Source: Polyangiaceae bacterium (GTDB taxonomy: Bacteria; Myxococcota_A; Polyangia; Polyangiales; Polyangiaceae). From it: DNA of 64,000 nucleotides. The notes under the pieces are model-generated. The model did not search any database and was not told the origin of the DNA. It saw nothing but the letters and a program-made list of their open reading frames with translations. This document shows positions 57,745 to 64,000 of the stretch, piece after piece; position 1 is the stretch's first letter; the number at the start of each line of letters is the position of its first letter. The stretch is from the NCBI GenBank assembly GCA_033763455.1, contig JANRKO010000050.1:33339-97338 (forward strand), written 5' to 3'. Position numbers and translations under genes: made by a program.

Positions 57745-60700
57745 ATGCGCATTTCAAATCTCAAATCTCAAACATTTCTAATATTCGCCTGCGTTCTGAG
57801 TGTGGCTACGGGGTGCTCGGGGGGTGAGGTTTCAGGGGGCGGCAGGGATCAGAAAGCCGCCGCCACTGTGCAGCAAGAGCTCTAGAATAAGCCTGTCGTG
57901 GAGGAGCATGGTTCGGGCGCCGTTCAGCCAGGCTCAAAGCCACCGCCCGCGGCGTGTCAGGTGGTTCCGCTGAACGAGGGTGGGGAACTTCGGTTTCAGT
58001 CACCGGTAGATGTAAGCATCCCCGCGGAGATCCCCGTAAAATCAGGCGAATGTGGCAACACGTCGGCAACCCTGACGCTGCGTGCCGCCACCGCTGAGGT
58101 GGTGTGTCGGTACGCCGCCCAGGGGCCGAAAGGCACGGTGCGTGCCGCGAACTCAAAGCTATCGTTCGTAGGATGTTCACCTGCTGCGTCCCCTGGGGCA
58201 GCCGTGCAGGCCGACTATATCCGGCTCGCGACAGTCGTTGCTAGAGCTGAGCCCGGCGACGACGAGGACGATGCTCAAGAGGAGCAGGACGACGACGACC
58301 AAGCTGATGACGCCGGGTCGCAAGTCCGACTTGCACTAGGGTTAAGCATTTGCCCGCGTGTGGACGCCCCCACCAACATCGAGTGGGCTGAATCCCCCGT
58401 GGAGCTCAGGGCAACTCGGTTTTATCACCCTGAACGGTCGGAGGATGCGTCGGTAAATCTCGCTGAACCCGTGGAATTTGAGATCCCGAGCAAGCTTCGC
58501 GTCATTGAAGGCGGCTCTGGGGACGGAGAAACAACGCTCACTTTTAAGGACGCAACCACGCAAAAGCAGGTCGTCTGCACCTACAGCGGAGGCGCCGATG
58601 ACGAATGCCGAAGCGATGCGGCTTTGAGGGCGGCAAGGTCGCGCTTCTACTATTTCGACGGTTGCCAACGAGGTTATCAAGCTGGGCAGCGCGTACGTTC
58701 CAGTTCCTATCAGCTCAAAGTGCGGAGTGGGGATGAGGCGGCCTCGATCGCGCGAACCACCGTGGAGGTTTTCATGGGAGTTCATGGCTGTAGCGAACCG
58801 CTCGATCAGCCAATTTCTGCTGAGCAAAGTATTCGCATGCGTCGAGCCTTCTCTTGGAACAAGACGCGCTCTGTTCCTGAAACCTTGCCCGACGGAAAGC
58901 CAACTCTTTGGTACGCGAGCATCTACGTTCGCGACCGCGAAGAGTTGGCTGGCCTGGACGACCTATTGATTCACCACCAGAATCGGCCCCTATTCCTCAC
59001 CGAGATGGAAGGCTATAGAGGCCGGTGTGGGGCCATCGAATATGACGGTGATGGTGCAGGGACATTTGTTTTCGCGGTGCTTCCCGGCATTACTTACAAC
59101 TTGATCCGTCAAGCGGCGCTTGCAGATCCCCAGAACCCCCTCTTTGAGGCCCTGGTTTTACGGGATATTCCACCCACTGCCCGTGCGCGCGGCGGTTCGC
59201 TGTCGTGGGATGCCTTGAAGTTGGCAGGTTTCTACTATCGAGATCTGAGAACTTTCACTCTGAGCAATGAGCTTCAACAACCCTTCTGGAATGCGCTCAA
59301 GCGCCGCGTGGCCAAGACGATTGCGAAGGCCGTCCAAGTTGTCGTCAAGGTCGTCGTGGATGGGCTGGGGGAGATTGATAAGTTTGCCTCGGGCAAAATT
59401 GTTCAAGGCATCGAAGTACACATCGCCAATCGTGATCCGGCATTTGAGTCACCGACGATGACTCAAGCCTGGGGAGCGAAGGCGGGGCAGGAGCTCCGGC
59501 TGGACGGTGTGCGGGTCGAAGTGCGCCAGTGGGCTCAGCGCCTGTGGTCCCTTGGGATCCCGCTACCCACCAGCTTCAACAACACTCTCCAGGATGGCGT
59601 CACCTATATGGAAGTTGCCAAAGACGCTTCTCCGAGAGATGGCGGCATATGCATGGAGGTGAAAAACGCGGGAGCTGAGCTTACGACGTTCTTGCTGCCG
59701 ACGGAAGTTTGCGACTTTGGCCAAGAGTTCAAGCTGAGCACCCAGCGTGACTCAACGGTGACCTTCACAACCGGAAGTTATCCTCTCCATACCCTGAACA
59801 TGCTTACGGACGCTTACCGGTACTCCCAGAGCGTGGTCGGCTATTCGCCGCATCAGGTAACGGTCGCCCATGGTTGGCTGGGAACCCTCCTCGGTGGCGC
59901 TAAAGGGAGAATCTATGCTCCTTGCTTTGGGTTTCCAAATATTTCGCAAGATACGATGGGGGCGCTTCTGTCCTCGATTGTGCCGGTTGCAGGAGAAATC
60001 GTTGGCGTGTTGAGCGCGGTCGACATCGTGATGCCAAACGTGATTCGAGCTCGCAAGTCACGGGGCATTATGGTTCACGAGTATGGGCACTACTTCTTGT
60101 GCAGCTCACTGTTTGACGCGAAGCCAACGGCCATGTCGGGGTTCACGGCCGCCAGGGTTTTTGAGGATACGGAATTCGGGCCCGATGACGACAACGCAGT
60201 TCTCAACGAGGCTTTTGCAGATTTCTTTGTTCACCAGGTGGTGAGTGGGACGAATTATTTCGCCCTTCCAGACACCGGACTTTTTACATATGGGATGACC
60301 TACTGTACCGGTGGTTCCTGCCCAGATGCGAATGCTACCGGTATCCAGGGGAGCGGCGGTATCTTCGAATTCTATGCTCCCAACCCAGATCTTCCAGACC
60401 GCCTAGCTATCGATCGTGCCGATCTTGCCGTTGCGCGGGCCACAACCTTATTCCACGACGCTTTTGACGGCTGGGCTTGGCGTGGTCAAAACGTGCCCAC
60501 CACCGGGGATGCGTGGGTCTCGCGCGGAGGCAAACTCGGGTTTAATGGATGGGGATTCCCTGAGGTGTTCTATGGTGACACCTCGGATGAGGTCATTAGC
60601 CTTCCAGGCAACTCAATCGCAAGCTGGCTTCAGGGCTGGGCACACAAGCAAACAGTCACAACGTTGAACCGTGATGATTTCTTTTCGTCCTTGCGCGAGG

Positions 60701-61548
60701 TCATTCGCGGACACAGCTGGTGCGAGATCTGCGACCTTTTCGCTTTGCACCAGCCGGACGTCGGGCCTTCCGCAAGGGAACGAATGACGGCGTGCGCCGC
60801 CTCACCGCTCGCAACGTGGGTTGGAGTACCCCCTGCACCGCTGTCTCGTCTCGCGGATAGTTGCACTGTTTGCCAGCCAACTGAAGTGCTCTCCGGTGGT
60901 GTTTGCGTTCCCTGTGGGGCCCGTGAAACCGCGGATCCATCTGGGCTTGCGTGCACCTGCGCGGACCCAGATGACGTCCGGATAAGTGGAACTTGCACTC
61001 CGTGCCTTGCGGGTCAAGTTCCGAATGCGGATCGCACTGCGTGCCTGGGGTGCCCAGTGGATGCCACTCTCAACATCGCGCCGCCGGGTGGATGGGATAG
61101 GTGCCTCTTCGCCGACAGTGAGGTTGTAGTCGGTGGCGGCTCAGCCGAGTGCGACGGTGTTCACGTCGCGGAGTTTGTGGGAATACAGGATAGCGTTCCG
61201 TTGGCGCCAGCCTGCGGCGTCACTGACTTTCCCTTCCGGACCGACGTCGCGGCTGCAACCCAGGCCGAGTGTGAAGCCGCTCGCGGGCAGGTGGTCATAG
61301 ATCTAGTGCTAGTGAATGGGCAGACGCTGCGAATCATGGATCAGCCCCAGGTCGGGACGTTTCACGACGATGGGTCCTTGTGTGCCCCCCAAAGTACCTT
61401 TTGCGCATCGCTTGGGTCAACCTGTGAACTGGTTGATTTTACGCTCACCCCTAAACTTCTGACCGATGTAGAGCGGATTCGGGTGACGGTGAAGTCGAAG
61501 GCTAGTATCAAGTTTGCGTCGGAAGTTGGTTACGTCATCATAAGGTAA
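57745..61548 (+). pseudogene. Large lipoprotein gluzincin metalloprotease interrupted by one in-frame TAG (57883-57885); downstream ORF 57898-61548 is open
   Basis: GGAG RBS + ATG 57745 encodes MRISNLKSQTFLIFACVLSVATG-C in frame with the 1216-aa ORF; HEYGH..NEAFAD; Cys-rich C-terminus. Confidence 0.7.
57754..57773 (+). repeat. Heptamer tandem repeat (TCAAATC)x2 + TCAAAC
   Basis: Read directly from the sequence, inside the signal-peptide codons. Confidence 0.75.
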
Positions 61549-61558
61549 GAGGTCGGTC

Positions 61559-62089
61559 ATGCGGGTCGTGTTTCTCATTGCTTCGATCCTTGTAGCTAGC
61601 CCTACCCTCGAGGCGTGTGGTGGAGGTTCGTCGGGGCAGGCCGTCGCATCAGGCGGCGCTCCGACGATTGGCGGTGCCGAGACTGGCGGCACAAGCCCGC
61701 GGCCAGGAGCTGGCGGTGGTTTAGCGGTCGGTGGTGCGGTTGGCGAGTTGGGGGGAATTTCGTCAGGCTCCGGTGGTGCAGCCATGGGTGGATCTGACGG
61801 CGGCACTGCAGGGCAACCTCCATCGCTCAGCGACGCATGTGTGGATTACTGCCGTGTGTCATCTAGCGTTGGTTGTGCTAATGGGCCGACTGCGGGCTCC
61901 TGCGACACCGCTACCTGTGATGGCTTTCCGAAAGCAGCGGTCTGCAAGAGCCAATATTACCGCTTGTTTGAGTGTTTCAGCGCACTCGGTCCGAGCGCTT
62001 TTGAGTGTACAGCAGATGGCCGCCCGACGGGCAAGGGTGACCAGTGTAGCGCACAAAGCGGTAACCTAAGGACATGCCTAGGTCTGTAG
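61559..62089 (+). CDS. Gly-rich linker / Cys-rich lipoprotein
   Basis: LEAC lipobox; Gly/Ser linker; 10-Cys C-terminal domain; GAGG RBS. Confidence 0.8.
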   Translation: MRVVFLIASILVASPTLEACGGGSSGQAVASGGAPTIGGAETGGTSPRPGAGGGLAVGGAVGELGGISSGSGGAAMGGSDGGTAGQPPSLSDACVDYCRVSSSVGCANGPTAGSCDTATCDGFPKAAVCKSQYYRLFECFSALGPSAFECTADGRPTGKGDQCSAQSGNLRTCLGL

Positions 62090-62190
62090 GTGACCATGCA
62101 CGGTTGGCGCGTCGAGGAGAGTGAGCCGGTAAAGATTTCACACAGGTCGGCACTATCCCTGTGCCACTTCGAGTGGTACCGATAAGTTTG

Positions 62191-62637
62191 ATGGCAAGGC
62201 TCTTAGTGACTACCCGACTCGTCAGCGTGCCCAGCGTTGTCGGTATTCTATTTCAATTGGTGGCCTGTAGTGGCGATTGTAATCCGTGTCGGCGGGGAGA
62301 GGTTCGGGTGCCAAATTTGGCCCAAGAGGCTGGGGTAAAGCTCACAGTAAGCGATGGGATGTCGCCCAAGCTGTTGTGCTCTTGGACGGGTTCGGCCTGG
62401 GAGTGCTCGGGGAGCGCGGGGCAACCCTTGTCAGGACGTGTTGGTGAGCTCATTACGACCTTCTCAGTCGTGGGGCTGGGTTCGCTGACGACCTACCCGG
62501 TCCAGGTCGATGCCGCAGCATCGATGCTTGAGAACTGGGGTCAGTCGGATGCGCCGAATAGCTGTGACTGCGAGTTTGTGGCCTATCGAGTCCCGGACGA
62601 GGTCTTTGAGCGGGCCGGCGTGAAAATTCAGAAGTAA
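62191..62637 (+). CDS. Cys-rich lipoprotein, paralog A
   Basis: LVAC lipobox; ~80% identical to 62832-63281; start uncertain (62161 or 62191). Confidence 0.8.
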   Translation: MARLLVTTRLVSVPSVVGILFQLVACSGDCNPCRRGEVRVPNLAQEAGVKLTVSDGMSPKLLCSWTGSAWECSGSAGQPLSGRVGELITTFSVVGLGSLTTYPVQVDAAASMLENWGQSDAPNSCDCEFVAYRVPDEVFERAGVKIQK

Positions 62638-62831
62638 GGCGGCTTCACCAGCATAGGATAGGATAGCGAAACCAATGCGACGCATTCACACGCTAGGCCT
62701 CCGTCTATCTTTCTATGTCTTTTAGACACTTCCTGCAGCAGCGATTGCGATCTGGAAGGAATGCCGCGTGTCAAAGTTTGGCGTCATTTCTTGTCTGCAC
62801 GTAAGGCTTTGAGTGATGCTACCCTATATGG

Positions 62832-63281
62832 ATGGAAAGGCTCCGAGTGATGAGTAACTGCCTCTTCAAGGCTTTGTGCTTTGTGGGAGTCATCTTTCAA
62901 CTAGTGGCCTGTAGTGGCGATTGCAATCCGTGTCGGCGGGGGGAGGTTGATGTGCCTAATTTGGTTGGGCACGCCGGAGTGAAGCTTACGGTTGGCGAAG
63001 CCACCTCGCCGAAACTTTCGTGTTTGTGGACCGGTTTAGCTTGGGAGTGTTCAGGGAGCACGGGGCAGCCATTGGCCGGACGCGCTGGTAGACTTATCAC
63101 GACGTTCTCGGTGGTTGGGTTGGGGTCGCTGTCGACCTATCCGGTTCAGGTCGATTCGGCGGCATCGACGCTTGAGAACGGAGGCCGGTTAGATTCACCA
63201 AACAGTTGCGACTGCGAGTTTGTGCTCTATTACGTGCCAGACGAGGTCTTTGAGCGAGCCGGTGTCCAGATCCAGAAGTAG
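62832..63281 (+). CDS. Cys-rich lipoprotein, paralog B
   Basis: LVAC lipobox; ungapped alignment to paralog A. Confidence 0.8.
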   Translation: MERLRVMSNCLFKALCFVGVIFQLVACSGDCNPCRRGEVDVPNLVGHAGVKLTVGEATSPKLSCLWTGLAWECSGSTGQPLAGRAGRLITTFSVVGLGSLSTYPVQVDSAASTLENGGRLDSPNSCDCEFVLYYVPDEVFERAGVQIQK

Positions 63282-63313
63282 GCGCACGGAAGCGTCCAGC
63301 TCCACAATCACCG

Positions 63314-63894
63314 ATGCGAGAGAGAAACCACGCACCACGGACAATCGGTTCCGGCTGCAGGTTCCACTCGTTGGGCTGCTTGTGGTGGTGCTCACGTCTC
63401 AGTCGTCATACGCGTTCGTTCAATCGCGCTGCGAGAACGCTCAGTGTTATCTCACCCGTGCCACTACTCAGATCCATGTTGTGCTCTCCACCAATGAGCT
63501 TCCCCGCGGAATGACCGCAGCTGAGGTGGCAGCTTCTGCGCGTCGTGCGGCCCGACTTTGGAGGGCACCGTGCTCTTCCCTAGCAATCGATGTCGCCACG
63601 GAGTCCGCTTACCGGAAAACCGCGGAGGACGGAGTAAGCGCCATTACTTTTCGTCGAAGGGCCTGGTGTAGGGATGGAAACAGAGACGCTGTACGCTGCT
63701 ACGAACCCGAGGCTCTTGCCATGACGACGCTCTATCGAGCCAACAAGCAGGGCGCCCAACAGATCGTCGAGGCGGACATTGAGATCAATGCGTTCTATTT
63801 TGATTGGGCAAAGGAGCCTACTGGTGAAAAAATGCCACTAGATCTCGTCCTTGCCCATGAGTGTCAGCGGGCATCCGAAACAGCGGCTAGCTGA
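63314..63894 (+). pseudogene. Truncated matrixin (M10)-like secreted metalloprotease
   Basis: Signal-like LVGLLVVVLTSQSSYA; DGVSAITF, ALAMTTL, IVEADIEIN; stops at LAHE-CQR; no clean in-frame start. Confidence 0.7.
63862..63880. mobile_element. Possible IS21-family terminal inverted repeat (remnant or element end)
   Basis: TGTCAGCGGGCATCCGAAA begins exactly where matrixin similarity ends. Confidence 0.4.
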
Positions 63895-64000
63895 GCGGAA
63901 AGGCGCCCAAGCTTATTTATCCGCTGGCACAAAGCTCAGATTCTGCGCTCAGGGGAAAGGCGTAAAATTGGTCCAAAGCGCGTTAGCTCTTGGATGATCG

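Noticed and set aside
57883..57885. Pyrrolysine or genome-wide TAG reassignment
   Set aside because: TAG terminates conserved genes here (ddl, sodB, bcp) at expected lengths; no pyl genes in the window
1..64000. CRISPR array, rRNA, prophage or defence-system genes
   Set aside because: No regularly spaced repeats, rRNA-like tracts, or recognisable phage, cas or defence proteins were seen

Overview
A GC-rich chromosomal segment whose gene content points to a myxobacterium (Myxococcota, probably Polyangiales): FHA paralogs, DUF4388-J, zinc-ribbon/GYF and DUF1592/DUF1552 proteins, and Cys-rich lipoproteins. Family assignments rest on motif recognition, not database searches. About 57.6 kb is mostly core genome: prs-rplY-pth-rpsF-rpsR-rplI-dnaB, obgE, hisZ-purA, ddl-purD-serC, dciA, tRNA-Leu(CAA), PPi-dependent pfp, sod, bcp, fmt, lon, hom-murI. 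An L-rhamnose cluster (rhaI-DeoR-kinase plus GH78) sits next to a DUF1592/DUF1552 pair. The last ~6.3 kb is an accessory locus of exported proteins. It contains a ~1267-codon lipoprotein gluzincin whose signal peptide is cut off by one in-frame TAG, three Cys-rich lipoproteins (two ~80% identical), and a matrixin-like gene truncated inside its HExxH motif at an IS21-end-like sequence. Notable non-coding elements are an S6:S18-type leader upstream of rpsF, a phased DnaA-box-like array upstream of dnaB, and 11-bp-period repeats upstream of rhaI. No CRISPR array, rRNA gene or transposase was seen.
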